Positions 41,406 through 52,195 of a stretch of 52,531 nt of DNA are shown piece after piece. How positions within the stretch are numbered: position 1 is the stretch's first letter; each line of letters begins with the position of its first letter. The notes beneath the pieces are model-generated. The model saw only the letters and a list, made by a program, of their open reading frames with translations, did not search any database and had not been told where the DNA came from. The stretch is from Opitutia bacterium (GTDB taxonomy: Bacteria; Verrucomicrobiota; Verrucomicrobiia; Opitutales; T3Sed10-336), in assembly GCA_050506795.1 (NCBI GenBank), contig JBJHCF010000040.1, positions 1 to 52,531 of the forward strand, written 5' to 3'. The translations under genes were made by a program, and so were the position numbers.

Positions 41406-42254
41406 ATGAAAATCGGCTTCAATGTTCTCTACTGGACCACGTTTCTCTCGGAGGATCAATTCGGATACCTCGACCAAGTGAAGGAGATTGGATACGACGG
41501 CGTCGAGCTCCCGGTGTTCAGCGGCACGATCGAACAATACGCGACCATCGGCAAAGCATTAAAAAACGCGGGACTGGCCGCGACCGCGGTCACCGTAATT
41601 CCCGATCAGGCTCACAGTCCCATCAGTGAGAATCCCGAAGATCGGAAGCGGGCTTTTGACTATTTCCAATGGGCCATCGACTGCAGCCAGGCGGCGGGCG
41701 CCGAGGCATTGATTGGTCCGTTTTATCAACCACTAGGCCAGTTCACCGGCGAACCTCCCACCGGCGATGAACGTAAACGCGCGGCCGAGGTCCATCGGGA
41801 AGCGGCGGAGTATGCGGGCACCGCCCGCGTTGCTCTGGCGGTCGAGCCATTGAACCGCTTCGAATGTTATTTCCTCAACACGCTCGATCAGGCCGCCGAA
41901 TACGTGGCGCAGGTGGGTCACCCGAACTTTCACACCATGTTCGATACCTTTCACGCCAACATGGAGGAAAAAGATCCGGTCCAGGCCCTGCGTCGCAACC
42001 TCGGCTTCGTTCACCACGTTCATATTTCGGAGAATGACCGGGGAGCGCCCGGCTCCGGCCATGTGCCCTGGGACGGTGTCTTCGACACGCTCGTCAATGG
42101 CGGCTACGACTACTGGTTGACCATCGAGGCTTTCAGCCGCGCCCTGCCCGACCTGGCGGCGGTCGCACGGGTGTGGCGGGAGTTCGATCCTCCGGAATCC
42201 GTCTATGAGGGCGGCTACCGGTTTATCCGTGACAAACTCGCCGCCCGGCGCTGA
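41406..42254 (+). CDS. Sugar phosphate isomerase/epimerase (D-psicose/D-tagatose 3-epimerase-like TIM barrel)
   Basis: GYDGVE, EPLNRFE, DTFHANMEE, HVHISENDRG.PGSG, IEAF. Confidence 0.85.
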   Translation: MKIGFNVLYWTTFLSEDQFGYLDQVKEIGYDGVELPVFSGTIEQYATIGKALKNAGLAATAVTVIPDQAHSPISENPEDRKRAFDYFQWAIDCSQAAGAEALIGPFYQPLGQFTGEPPTGDERKRAAEVHREAAEYAGTARVALAVEPLNRFECYFLNTLDQAAEYVAQVGHPNFHTMFDTFHANMEEKDPVQALRRNLGFVHHVHISENDRGAPGSGHVPWDGVFDTLVNGGYDYWLTIEAFSRALPDLAAVARVWREFDPPESVYEGGYRFIRDKLAARR

Positions 42255-42289
42255 CGGCATCGAGTCCCCACCGATTCGAACCAACCTTT

Positions 42290-43564
42290 ATGACGACAAT
42301 CCAAGACACTCCCATCCTGAGCCGGAACATCAAAGAAGCGGCGGAGGCCGCGCTGGAAGCGACCGGCGGTCTGCTGCGTCTCGCTCCGGCCTGGGTTCCC
42401 CGCTCCTTCCTCATGCCGGGCAAACGCCTCAAGCTTCACCCGGACGACCTTTACGCCTACGGCCTCAACCGCGGCGGAATCGACGAACGCTGGTTTGCCT
42501 CCACCACCGAAGCCGCCAACGAAGGCCGCGTGCCCGATGAGGGGTTGAGTTATGTCGTGCATAAAAAGCATCGCTTTCTGTTGCGCGATGTCGTCAGCGA
42601 ACTGGGAGGCTCCATCATCGGCGAAGGTATCTGGGAAAAGTACGGCAAGTGGCCCGTGTATTCAAAGTTCTTCGACAACATGGGGCCGATTCCGCATCAC
42701 ATGCACCAAAACGCGCAACAGGCCGCGCTGGTCGGTCAGGAAGGCAAACCGGAGTCCTATTATTTTCCGCCCCAGCACAACAACGTCGGCAACAACTTCC
42801 CCTACACCTTCATGGGATTGAATCCCGGCGTCACCAAAGCACAGGTCCGGAAATGCCTGGAGGATTGGAACCGGGGCGACAACGGAATCCTCGATCTCTC
42901 CCAGGCCTACCGCCTAAAGGCGGGCAGCGGCTGGCTGATTCCCCCGTGCGTGCTGCACGCGCCCGGTTCGCTCTGCACCTACGAGCCGCAATGGGGAAGC
43001 GACGTCTTCGGCATGTACCAGTCCCTCGTCGAGGGACGGGAGGTTCCCTGGTCGCTCCTGGTAAAGGACATGCCGAAGGAGAAGCATCAGGATCTGGATT
43101 TTATCGTGGACCAACTCGATTGGGACCGGAACGTGGACCCGCAGTTCAAAAAGAACCACTACTTGGAGCCCATTATCGACACCCGGGACGATGCCCACGT
43201 CGACCGGTGGATCGTCTATGGACGAATCGACGGCGTCCAGTACTTTTCAGCCAAAGAGCTCACCGTCTTTCCCAAAGGCAAAGTTACGATCAAGGACCCC
43301 GGCGCCAGCGGGGTGATCGTGGTTCAGGGGGAAGGCAAACTCAACGAGATGCGGCTCACCTGTCCGAAGCTGATCCGATTCCACGAGTTGACCGAGGATG
43401 AGGTTTTTATCACCGAACCCGCCGCCAAAGCCGGTCTGACTTTTGAAAACACCTCCGCCACCGAACCCCTGGTCCTGTTGCGCTACTTCGGACCCGAAGT
43501 TCATCCCGACGCTCCGGAGGTAGGCGATTATTTGAAACAGAACACTAACACCAACGCTAACTGA
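42290..43564 (+). CDS. Uncharacterised cupin-like protein (phosphomannose isomerase type I-like metal motif)
   Basis: [31 protein letters not shown] resemble the PMI-I ligand pattern. Confidence 0.6.
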   Translation: MTTIQDTPILSRNIKEAAEAALEATGGLLRLAPAWVPRSFLMPGKRLKLHPDDLYAYGLNRGGIDERWFASTTEAANEGRVPDEGLSYVVHKKHRFLLRDVVSELGGSIIGEGIWEKYGKWPVYSKFFDNMGPIPHHMHQNAQQAALVGQEGKPESYYFPPQHNNVGNNFPYTFMGLNPGVTKAQVRKCLEDWNRGDNGILDLSQAYRLKAGSGWLIPPCVLHAPGSLCTYEPQWGSDVFGMYQSLVEGREVPWSLLVKDMPKEKHQDLDFIVDQLDWDRNVDPQFKKNHYLEPIIDTRDDAHVDRWIVYGRIDGVQYFSAKELTVFPKGKVTIKDPGASGVIVVQGEGKLNEMRLTCPKLIRFHELTEDEVFITEPAAKAGLTFENTSATEPLVLLRYFGPEVHPDAPEVGDYLKQNTNTNAN

Positions 43565-43572
43565 ATACCAAC

Positions 43573-44619
43573 ATGAGTCACTCCCTTCCCAAACTGCACA
43601 ACGCCGCCTGGCCGGGCTTGGTAGGCAAGGAACCGGGCAGCGAAAACCCGCCCATCGAATTGGACACCATGCTCGATTACACCGCGCAAGCGGAGGTCGG
43701 GGGGCGGAAATTCGATGGCATCGACCTCTTTCTTTCCGACCCGCACATCTCCATCGATGCCTCCGAGGACGAACTCAAAGGGCTGGCCGAGAAACTCCGG
43801 GCCCGAAATCTGGTCGCCGGTTCGCTGGTGGCCCCGGTTTGGCCTTTCGTCGGCGGAGGCGCCGCCAACGATGAGGGCGAAGGACGCACGAAATTCCTGG
43901 AACAGATTCGCAAGGCCTGCCGGATCGCGCGCCACCTGGAGGACCTGGGAGTGCGCCCCTACGGAGTAATTCGCATCGATTCCGCGGTCGACACCGCCAC
44001 CTGGTCGAACGATCCCGAAGGCAACCAAACCCGGATCGCGGAAACCTTCCGCCTGGCCGCCGACATCGCCCGGGACCACGGTCAACGCCTGGCGGCCGAA
44101 GGTGAAATCTGCTGGGGCGGAATGCACAGCTGGAAACGGATGGTGCAGCTCCTGGAATTGACCGATCGCCCCGACACGGTCGGCTTCCAGGCGGACATGG
44201 CCCACACCCTTCTTTACGTCATGGGCTTCAACGCGCCGGAAGACGCCATCCTCGACGACGATCACGATTGGAATGACAAAGACCGTCTCGACGAGGCCCT
44301 GAAAAAACTTACCGCGGCCCTGCGTCCCTGGACGATCGACTTCCATGTGGCGCAGAACGACGGCACCGTCTTCGGATCGGGCGCCCACGATAAAACCGGA
44401 CGCCACTGCCTGCCGAACGATCCCAACGGCAAACTGGATATCGCGCGTCATGCCGGATTCTGGCTGCGCGACGACAACGGCGCCCCCACCCGCCAGGTGC
44501 AACACATCTGCTGGGACGGCTGTATGTTTCCAAACTCCGTGATGGCCAAACCGGAGACCTGGAACGACATCCTGGCCGCCATGATCTCCGTCCGCGACGC
44601 CCACGGGTGGGACGCCTGA
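43573..44619 (+). CDS. Xylose-isomerase-like TIM-barrel sugar isomerase
   Basis: [35 protein letters not shown]. Confidence 0.75.
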   Translation: MSHSLPKLHNAAWPGLVGKEPGSENPPIELDTMLDYTAQAEVGGRKFDGIDLFLSDPHISIDASEDELKGLAEKLRARNLVAGSLVAPVWPFVGGGAANDEGEGRTKFLEQIRKACRIARHLEDLGVRPYGVIRIDSAVDTATWSNDPEGNQTRIAETFRLAADIARDHGQRLAAEGEICWGGMHSWKRMVQLLELTDRPDTVGFQADMAHTLLYVMGFNAPEDAILDDDHDWNDKDRLDEALKKLTAALRPWTIDFHVAQNDGTVFGSGAHDKTGRHCLPNDPNGKLDIARHAGFWLRDDNGAPTRQVQHICWDGCMFPNSVMAKPETWNDILAAMISVRDAHGWDA

Positions 44620-44650
44620 GCCACAATTCAACCTACTTCCCTATCCGACT

Positions 44651-45799
44651 ATGAGCGAAAAAAAACCATTGAACATCGGGATGATCGGCTACGGCTTCAT
44701 GGGCCGCGCCCACTCCAACGCCTACGCCAAAGTAAGCCATTTTTTCCACGACCTCGAATACCGGCCCGTACTCAAAGCTGTCTGCGCCCGCAACCGGGAG
44801 AAGGCTCAAGAGTTCGCGGACGTCTGGGGTTATGAATCGGTCGAAACCGACTGGAAAAAGCTGATTGCCCGTGACGACATCGACGCCATCGACATCTGCA
44901 CTCCCAACAACGTTCACCGGGAAATCGCCGTCGCCGCCGCCGAGGCCGGCAAGATGATTCTCTGCGAAAAGCCGCTGGCCATGAACAGTGAGGAAGGCGA
45001 GGAGATGGTCCGGGCCGTTGAAAAAGCCGGCGTCGCCAACATGGTCTGGTACAATTACCGTCGCGTTCCCGCGGTCACCCTGGCCAAACAGCTCATCGAA
45101 GAAGGACGGCTGGGGAAAATCTTCCATTTCCGCACGGTGTTCCTTCAGGACTACACCATCGCCGATGACGTGCCCCAGGGCGGAGCCGGACTCTGGCGCC
45201 TCGACGCCAATGTCGCCGGCAGCGGCGTCACGGGCGATTTGCTGGCGCACAACATCGACACCGCCATGTGGCTGAACGGGCACCTGCAAAAGGTCAGCGC
45301 CATGACCGAGACCTTCGTCAAAGAGCGGGTCCACGTCGAAAGCGGCAAGAAGGAACCGGTGGGAATCGACGATGCCGCCGCCTTCATCGCCCGATTCTCC
45401 AACGGCTCGCTGGCCACCTTCGAGGCCACCCGCTACGCCCGCGGCCACAAGGCGTTGTACACCTTTGAGATCAACGGAGAAAAGGCCTCCATTCAATGGG
45501 ACCTGCACGACCTGCATCGACTCAGCTATTTCGATCACCGCGACGAGTCGCGCGTGCGCGGCTGGCGCTCGATCCATGTGACCGACGGAGACCATCCCTA
45601 CATGGGCCACTGGTGGGTGCCCGGACTTCAGATCGGATACGAGCACACCTTCGTCCACCAGGTTGCTGATTTCCTCGCCGGCCTCGGCAAAGGCGAAGCC
45701 GTCGCACCCACCTTCGCCGACGCCCTCAAGACCCAGCGGGTCTGCGACGCCGTGCTCAAGAGCGCTCAAAGCGGCCAGTGGCTGGATACCGGTCTGTAA
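44651..45799 (+). CDS. Gfo/Idh/MocA family oxidoreductase
   Basis: [39 protein letters not shown]. Confidence 0.92.
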   Translation: MSEKKPLNIGMIGYGFMGRAHSNAYAKVSHFFHDLEYRPVLKAVCARNREKAQEFADVWGYESVETDWKKLIARDDIDAIDICTPNNVHREIAVAAAEAGKMILCEKPLAMNSEEGEEMVRAVEKAGVANMVWYNYRRVPAVTLAKQLIEEGRLGKIFHFRTVFLQDYTIADDVPQGGAGLWRLDANVAGSGVTGDLLAHNIDTAMWLNGHLQKVSAMTETFVKERVHVESGKKEPVGIDDAAAFIARFSNGSLATFEATRYARGHKALYTFEINGEKASIQWDLHDLHRLSYFDHRDESRVRGWRSIHVTDGDHPYMGHWWVPGLQIGYEHTFVHQVADFLAGLGKGEAVAPTFADALKTQRVCDAVLKSAQSGQWLDTGL

Positions 45800-45937
45800 C
45801 GACTCATTGAATACAAGGCCGGTTCACCGGTCTTGATCGCAAGGGTGTTTCGCCTCGACGGGAAACTCAGCCTCCCGGACAACTTTCCCCTTGTGACGCC
45901 ATGCAAAAAGCTCTAACAAAATAAAGTTTCAGCTCAA

Positions 45938-46014
45938 GCGGCAGTAGCTCAACCGGACAGAGCAGCGGTTTTCTAAACCGCTGGTTGGGGGTTCAAGTCC
46001 CTCCTGCCGCGCCA
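45938..46014 (+). tRNA. tRNA-Arg(TCT)
   Basis: GCGGCAGTAGCTCAACCGGACAGAGC, anticodon arm GCGGT-TTTCTAA-ACCGC, GTTCAAGTC, ends CTGCCGCGCCA. Confidence 0.95.
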
Positions 46015-46285
46015 TTCTCGCCCCGATAATCAACCTTTTTAATGGTGTGCAATCATTCCCGCACATCCTGGCCCTTCAGGTTGGTTGGGTTTACCGCTGT
46101 GTTCTCTTAACGTTGTGACTAATATCCCGGAACCTCTTTGCCGGATCACACCGGTGATCAGGCGACATGGGGAATTAGCGACAGGGACCGGTGGATACCT
46201 CGACATCTTTGTCAACGCAAAGGCATGACAGTGATAGATATAAGAGAGAACATCCAGAGAAGTTTCTTGCTGATTGTAAATGGAG

Positions 46286-46350
46286 ATGTCGAAAAAATAC
46301 ACATAAATGTCGTAAAGAGACAAGTAACACATTCCTGCATATGGTATCCT
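46286..46350 (+). promoter_or_regulatory. Conserved promoter/operator motif, copy 1
   Basis: TGTCG at 46287 and 46308 (21-bp period), GACAA, extended -10 TGgTATCCT at 46342-46350. Confidence 0.72.
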
Positions 46351-46594
46351 ACACAGATACAACCTAGCAGAAAGCTTCGAGCGCCTGTGTGAAACCGGCG
46401 CTAAAAGAATAACCCAAGTCAAGAACCAAAATCAGCGATACAGGCTACAGGATCATCATCGACGATTTCGGCATCGCTTGAGGTTCTTTGAAGAAAAACA
46501 GATTTTAATCTGAAAACGATCAAGGCCGGGAAATACCTGATAGATCCCAACTGCTTCGCTCCCTTACAACAGTACCTGAAGGCTCAATAAAACC

Positions 46595-47317
46595 ATGACT
46601 CCCAAGAAAAAATTCAGCTCTGCCTTCACCCTGATCGAACTCCTGACCGTGATCGCCATTATCGGCATTCTGGCCGCTATTTTGGTGCCCACGGTGGCGA
46701 TGGTACGCGAGTCGGCCCGAAAGGCGCACTGCGTAAGTAACCTCCGCCAGATCGGAGTGGCTTCTCTGCTGTACGCCAGCCAACATAACGACCGGCTGCC
46801 AGACCTCCGCCGCGGTGGCGCCTGGGCCTGGGACGTCCGCACTGCAGTACTGACGGATCTCATGGAAGTCGCCGGAGGCGAGAGAGATATGTTCTACTGC
46901 CTATCAGGATCCGAAGAATACATATCACTCCATTGGAACTTCGAAGTGCCAACCGTCACCCCGATCGGTTATGTCCTGCTGTTCGAAGGGAACGTCGCCG
47001 TGAACCCCGAGTACACAAACAGAATGATCGGAGATCCCCCGCCACGGCGCGCCGGAGGACGGGGCGGCGCCGAGGGAGGTCTTATCTATATCACGGAGAG
47101 CCAAAGAGAGCTGGCAGTTGATACCACCCTTTCCTTCGACGGACAAAATTTCCATAACGTCCCCTGCTCGTTGCCGAGCAACTGTCGGGCAAATCACCTA
47201 AAGGGAACTCTCCCCGCGGGAGGCAACATCGTGTTCCTGGACGGACACGTAGAGTGGCGTCCCTTTGAGCAAATGAGAGCCGGGCGCACCAGCGGAGGAC
47301 CATCATTCTATTGGTAG
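46595..47317 (+). CDS. Prepilin-type N-terminal cleavage/methylation protein with H-X9-DG-like C-terminus (PVC DUF1559-like pseudopilin)
   Basis: [27 protein letters not shown]...C.SNLRQIG, FYC, NH...[11 protein letters not shown]. Confidence 0.9.
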   Translation: MTPKKKFSSAFTLIELLTVIAIIGILAAILVPTVAMVRESARKAHCVSNLRQIGVASLLYASQHNDRLPDLRRGGAWAWDVRTAVLTDLMEVAGGERDMFYCLSGSEEYISLHWNFEVPTVTPIGYVLLFEGNVAVNPEYTNRMIGDPPPRRAGGRGGAEGGLIYITESQRELAVDTTLSFDGQNFHNVPCSLPSNCRANHLKGTLPAGGNIVFLDGHVEWRPFEQMRAGRTSGGPSFYW

Positions 47318-47478
47318 CCATTCACCTCGGCACGACCCTGGTTGTTAATCAATCTATTACTTTAAGTTTGCCAACTGTATAACTCCGTCGAACTTCTCAT
47401 CGTGAGCAACAAATGGAAATCCAAAACCTGTTACCTCGCCAATAAAAGGTCTTATTTTGCTCTCAGGCCCTCCCGCTG

Positions 47479-47542
47479 TGGCGTAAAAATACAAAAAAAT
47501 GTCGCAAAGAGACAATCTATGAATTAAACAATTTGTTATATT
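47479..47542 (+). promoter_or_regulatory. Conserved promoter/operator motif, copy 2
   Basis: TGGCG at 47479 and TGTCG at 47500 (21-bp period), AAAGAGACAA, extended -10 TGtTATATT at 47534-47542. Confidence 0.65.
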
Positions 47543-47869
47543 GTCAAAGTACCGTAATGCGACGCTCCGTTTTCCGCTTACTGGTCACAACTTAAGTCAA
47601 TCATTACCAAGCACGAAGGTCGGGAATTCGTCACTGCCAACAACCGAAGAATTAAATACACGCTACGAGACCCAATCTTGATTCTCGTTATGTTGGAATC
47701 CACCTTTTTGATCTCTCCATCATAGACTCTGATTGTCTTACACGCTTTGCATTAGCCTTTTCATTCACTCTCTCCCAACAGTAAAGAAATCACTTGTTGC
47801 CACCAACAACAAGGGCGTCAAACCGCGTCAGGTTTGTGCGTCGACCCACATCAAAGGAATAAATAAACC

Positions 47870-50800
47870 ATGAATTCGAAAAACGTTTCAGTTTTACCGT
47901 GTAGGTGTTCCTGCCTGCTCACGGCTTTTCTTGTATTAGCCTTCGCCCTGAGTTCCGCCACCGCCGTTTTCGCACAGCCCAATTGGGGAGTCACATCCCA
48001 GACCGCACCCGAAGGCGGCAATTGGACGAACCCGGACATCTGGGTCAAAAGCGAACAAGGTGAAGAACGGTTTCCCGAGGACACCTATCCTGGTGAGATC
48101 AGTGAAGGGACGCAGGAGGAACCCTTCTGGCTCGAGATTAGACAGGGGATTGATGCGGGTCCGGTCATCGTTGACCAGGAAATCGAATTCAGGGGTCGGT
48201 TGGATGCACCGGAAGGCGGTACTTCCTTTCCGAACATGGCTAGTTCCTCCCACTTGCTGATCACGGAAACCGGAAAACTGACCCTGCACTTTGTGGGGGA
48301 CACGTATCGCTTCGGTTTGGGAGGAGGACTCTTTTCCCTGCTCGAAATCGACGGTGGCTCATTGGTCGGCCCTACCGGGATCACGTGGATCGGCTCATGG
48401 AGCGGCAGCGCCGAGGTCAACATCACAAACGGGGGCCTTATCGATGCGAATTGGGCCCAGGTCGGCATTTTCAGCGGTGTGAGCACGGTGAACATTTACG
48501 ACGGCACTTTCGCGACCAATCGACTCACGACCGGCACCAATGCTGGTATCGCTACCTTCAACGTGTTTGAGGGCGAGATGCACGTGCGCGGACCGATCAA
48601 TGACGAGCCCGCCACTTTCACGTTGGCCGGGCCCTCCAGAATCCATTTGGTAGACGGTATCTTGCGTGCCGCGGTCGCCTCGTTGGGCGGCGACGGATTG
48701 AGCAGTACCAATATCGCAAACTGGATCGCATCCGGAAACATCACGGGCGAATACAGTACCGTTGAGCGGGACATGCCTTACACCGGGTGGAACGGAATCT
48801 TCCGCTGGAATGACTCCGGCGACGAAATCGTGGTCTGGACCATTGGCGAGCCCGGGTCACTCCAGGGCCCTTCCAATCGTTTCGTCCCCGAGGGGGAATC
48901 GGTTGAATTCTCCGCGTCTATCACCCTTCCGGCCGGCAGCGGAGAGGTCAGCTTTCAGTGGCAACAGGACGGGGTCGACATCCCCGGCGCGACCGACACC
49001 ACCCTGGTTCTCAGCAATGTAACCGGCGATGACTCGGGCGTTTACAGCCTGGTGATCACCGAGGATTCACCCGAAGTCGGCGTCAGCACCGCCAGCGTTT
49101 CCGCGGTTCTGCGTGTCGTCGACAGCGACAGCCCTGTTCTCCTCAACGTGGACATAGGCGGTGGCGGCGGGGCCCTCATGTCGGGCAATGCGATGCTTCG
49201 TCTCGACGGTATCGTTGATTTCATCTACGAAGGCGACCAGCCCGGCAACCAAATGGGCATTGGAGAAGGCGATGCAATCTGGAACGGCCGTGCACCCGCC
49301 GTCGGAACCACGACCTATAGCAACTTCGTGGACACAACGGGGGTTCCGCTGGGCGGACTGACCTTCCGTGTATCCAATGCCGCCGGAGGAGGAGACGCAC
49401 CCGATGGCGGCGGTATCGACGAGCCGATCACCGACTTCTCCGGGCCCTTGCTGCGCGACTTTGTTTACACCACCGGCAGCGACGAGTTGACCTTGAGACT
49501 CGGCGGACTGCAGGCGTTCGCCGGACGCGAATTCACCCTGGTGGTTTATGCGCTGGGACCGCAAAGCACCTTCGACACAGATCAGACGCGGGACGATATC
49601 GCAACGGTGCGCCTGTCCAGCGCGAACAACTTCTTCAATTTCGATCCGGTGGTTACAGACACCGCCGGCGAAGGTCGCGATCTGCGCTGGAATGAGAGGG
49701 CTTTCGCCGCATTCCAGGGCCGGGTATCCGCCAACGGCACCATAATCTGGACCGTCGGACCGGTTGCCGGAACACCGGGATGGAACGCCTTGAACGGCTT
49801 CCAGATCCTCATCACCAATGACGGCGAACCTCTGGACACAACTCCGTTGGACGAGTGGCGTCTGGCCAACTTCGGCACTCAGGACAACACCGGCATCACA
49901 GGAGACAACGGCGATTTCGATGGCGATGGAATCAAGAACCTCATCGAATACGCCATCGGGGCCGACCCGACGGTTCCCGGCGACGCGGCGTCACGCCTCG
50001 AAACCCGTCTCACTGCACTGGATCTCATCGATGCTTTCGAGGATGACTTCAGCTCCCAGCGTAATTTCATCACCCAGGGAACCGACGGTACCGGATGGGA
50101 TCGTATCACCGGGGTCCAAGCCGGCACCGGGGCGAGAATCGAATCCCAGGGCGACCGCCTGCTTATGACCTCAACCACCACCTTCGGTGACGTGAGCCCG
50201 CTGACGATTGCACGCAGCGTGCCCAGTGGGGTAAACCTGCAGGCGACAGCACAACTGCTGGATGTTCCCTCCACTTCCGATGACTTCTTCGAGCGGCCCT
50301 TCGTCGGCTTTGTCGCACCGCAACTCTATATCGGACGTTCGGACGATCCCAACGGAGTCTCGCACTATGTATCGGCGCATTTCTTCGATGCCTTCGGTTT
50401 CGGCAACGGAATGCAGGTGGTAAATAACTACGTCCGGACGCACGATGGTTCGTTTACACCTCCTCCCGGCTACCCGTGGATGAGGATTGAATTCATGGCC
50501 GACACCGGCCAGGTCATCGCCTACCGGAGCGCGGACGGTGAAGAATGGGAGCAATACGCTACCCAGACCCTTCCCGCCCTCACCGACGGTGATGCCGAGT
50601 TGGAAATCGGCCTGATTCACGTCACGTGGTCGGATGCAAGCCCTGAAGTGACCTTTGTCGAATGGGGTCATTTTGAGATCAGGGATCTCCTGGACGACGG
50701 GTCGGGAGAGGCTGAAGTCCTCACGATGGAGTTCGATTACATCGGCGATCCTTCGCTCACCTACACGATTGAAGCAACGGGTAATCTCAACGAAGGATGG

Positions 50801-50917
50801 GACCCGCTTCAGGTCTTCGGTCCGTTTCTGGAACCGGGTCGGGTAATCTTCATGGACAGCACTCCGATCGGCGCGGATCCGCTTCGTTTCATCCGTTTGA
50901 ACGTACGGGCCGAGTAG
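47870..50917 (+). CDS. Large secreted beta-rich protein (Ig-like and lectin-like domains, split C-terminal module)
   Basis: Signal peptide (AFALSSATAVFA-Q); Ig motif FQWQQDG.DIPGAT...L.L.NV...DSGVYS; DFDGDGIKNLIEYAIG.DP; ends RFIRLNV; AAGGAA upstream. Confidence 0.8.
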   Translation: MNSKNVSVLPCRCSCLLTAFLVLAFALSSATAVFAQPNWGVTSQTAPEGGNWTNPDIWVKSEQGEERFPEDTYPGEISEGTQEEPFWLEIRQGIDAGPVIVDQEIEFRGRLDAPEGGTSFPNMASSSHLLITETGKLTLHFVGDTYRFGLGGGLFSLLEIDGGSLVGPTGITWIGSWSGSAEVNITNGGLIDANWAQVGIFSGVSTVNIYDGTFATNRLTTGTNAGIATFNVFEGEMHVRGPINDEPATFTLAGPSRIHLVDGILRAAVASLGGDGLSSTNIANWIASGNITGEYSTVERDMPYTGWNGIFRWNDSGDEIVVWTIGEPGSLQGPSNRFVPEGESVEFSASITLPAGSGEVSFQWQQDGVDIPGATDTTLVLSNVTGDDSGVYSLVITEDSPEVGVSTASVSAVLRVVDSDSPVLLNVDIGGGGGALMSGNAMLRLDGIVDFIYEGDQPGNQMGIGEGDAIWNGRAPAVGTTTYSNFVDTTGVPLGGLTFRVSNAAGGGDAPDGGGIDEPITDFSGPLLRDFVYTTGSDELTLRLGGLQAFAGREFTLVVYALGPQSTFDTDQTRDDIATVRLSSANNFFNFDPVVTDTAGEGRDLRWNERAFAAFQGRVSANGTIIWTVGPVAGTPGWNALNGFQILITNDGEPLDTTPLDEWRLANFGTQDNTGITGDNGDFDGDGIKNLIEYAIGADPTVPGDAASRLETRLTALDLIDAFEDDFSSQRNFITQGTDGTGWDRITGVQAGTGARIESQGDRLLMTSTTTFGDVSPLTIARSVPSGVNLQATAQLLDVPSTSDDFFERPFVGFVAPQLYIGRSDDPNGVSHYVSAHFFDAFGFGNGMQVVNNYVRTHDGSFTPPPGYPWMRIEFMADTGQVIAYRSADGEEWEQYATQTLPALTDGDAELEIGLIHVTWSDASPEVTFVEWGHFEIRDLLDDGSGEAEVLTMEFDYIGDPSLTYTIEATGNLNEGWDPLQVFGPFLEPGRVIFMDSTPIGADPLRFIRLNVRAE

Positions 50918-50969
50918 AGACGCCGACTAAATCGGTTAGCTGAACCAGCCGAATAAATCACAACCAAAA

Positions 50970-51003
50970 AAAAAAGCCGATCCGAGCCCGGATCGGCTTT
51001 TTT
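50970..51003. terminator. Intrinsic terminator
   Basis: AAAAAAGCCGATCCG-agcc-CGGATCGGCTTTTTT. Confidence 0.88.
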
Positions 51004-51128
51004 GTTTGGTACGTCCTCTATAGCCTGGGAGCATTCCCATCCCTATCACACCCTATCATTATAAAGGATTTAGCAATCTTCCACCGTTGATTCTATATAC
51101 AGACACATGCGGGAGCCAACGGTTACCT

Positions 51129-51194
51129 ATGTCGAAAAAGTACACATAAATGTCGTAAATAGACAAGTAACGCATTCCGGCAGTCTGGTATTAT
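51129..51194 (+). promoter_or_regulatory. Conserved promoter/operator motif, copy 3
   Basis: 47/50 identity to 46286-46335; TGTCG at 51130 and 51151; extended -10 TGgTATTAT at 51186-51194. Confidence 0.72.
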
Positions 51195-51397
51195 GAACGT
51201 TTATTGGAAGACTCCAGAAACGCCAGGTGACGCTTCAATCCCATAAACCTTTAATATTCAGCTAACCATTGATTTTCGAAGGATCTGCTTTATAATAAAT
51301 TCAGATCGGTACCATTCTCCCAAAACAAGGTATTCCACCGAAGCCTTCAACTTCAACCATCATTAAACAGCCACAAGGCAATCTGCCTTAACCCATT

Positions 51398-52114
51398 ATG
51401 AAGACATCATCCAAGGGATTTACCCTAATAGAGCTACTAACCGTGATTGCGATTATTGGCATTTTGGCGGCAATTCTGGTCCCGGTGGTGACGCAGGTGC
51501 GTGAAAGCGCCCGCCGTTCACTCTGTACCAGCAATCTTCGCCAGATTGGCCTGTCCGCCCATTTGTATGCCGCCGAAAACGACAATCGCCTGCCCCGAAT
51601 GACCGCGGGGAACTGGCCGTGGGACGTGCAGTACCGTGTAATGAACGACCTGATCGTGGTTGGCGGGGGTGAGCGCGATATGTTTTATTGCCCCTCCTCT
51701 CCTCCGGAAATGAAAACCGAGGGCTGGGATTTCGCCATTAACCCACAACTGCAGACCGGTTACCGTTTCATCTCCTACGTGCTCCTGTTCGACGGCACCC
51801 CGGGTCTCGACCCACAATACCATAACCGTCGCCTTGGTGAACCGCCCCCACAGCGCGCCGGCGGACGCGGAGGAGCCCAGGGAGCCGTGACCTATCTTTC
51901 CGAAACCCAACGCGAACTGGCGGTTGATGCGGTCCTTGGCACTCAGGGGAACAACTTCTCGGTTACCGGAGGCGCTCCCACTCCCCACCGGCCCAACCAC
52001 ATGGACGGGAACTATCCGGCAGGGGGCAATATCGTATTCCTCGATGCCCACGTCGAATGGCGCCCGTTCAGCGAAATGGTGAATCGCCAATCTGCACCTC
52101 CGTTCTGGTGGTAA
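51398..52114 (+). CDS. Prepilin-type N-terminal cleavage/methylation protein with H-X9-DG-like C-terminus (paralog of 46595-47317)
   Basis: [37 protein letters not shown]...[11 protein letters not shown]. Confidence 0.9.
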   Translation: MKTSSKGFTLIELLTVIAIIGILAAILVPVVTQVRESARRSLCTSNLRQIGLSAHLYAAENDNRLPRMTAGNWPWDVQYRVMNDLIVVGGGERDMFYCPSSPPEMKTEGWDFAINPQLQTGYRFISYVLLFDGTPGLDPQYHNRRLGEPPPQRAGGRGGAQGAVTYLSETQRELAVDAVLGTQGNNFSVTGGAPTPHRPNHMDGNYPAGGNIVFLDAHVEWRPFSEMVNRQSAPPFWW

Positions 52115-52159
52115 ACTAAATCCGCCTCCGAGTTATTCCACTCGCAATTGGTTTGATTA

Positions 52160-52195
52160 AAAACGATCCCCTCCCGCACGGGAGGGGATCGTTTT
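52160..52195. terminator. Intrinsic terminator
   Basis: AAAACGATCCCCTCCCG-ca-CGGGAGGGGATCGTTTT. Confidence 0.85.

Noticed and set aside
46360..46420. c-di-GMP or other known riboswitch in the pseudopilin leader
   Set aside because: A hairpin containing GAAA is present, but the consensus elements of known riboswitches could not be matched by eye.
46039..46422. Small ORFs 46039-46422 (-) and 46138-46392 (+)
   Set aside because: They have atypical composition, no motifs, and overlap the conserved non-coding promoter motif.
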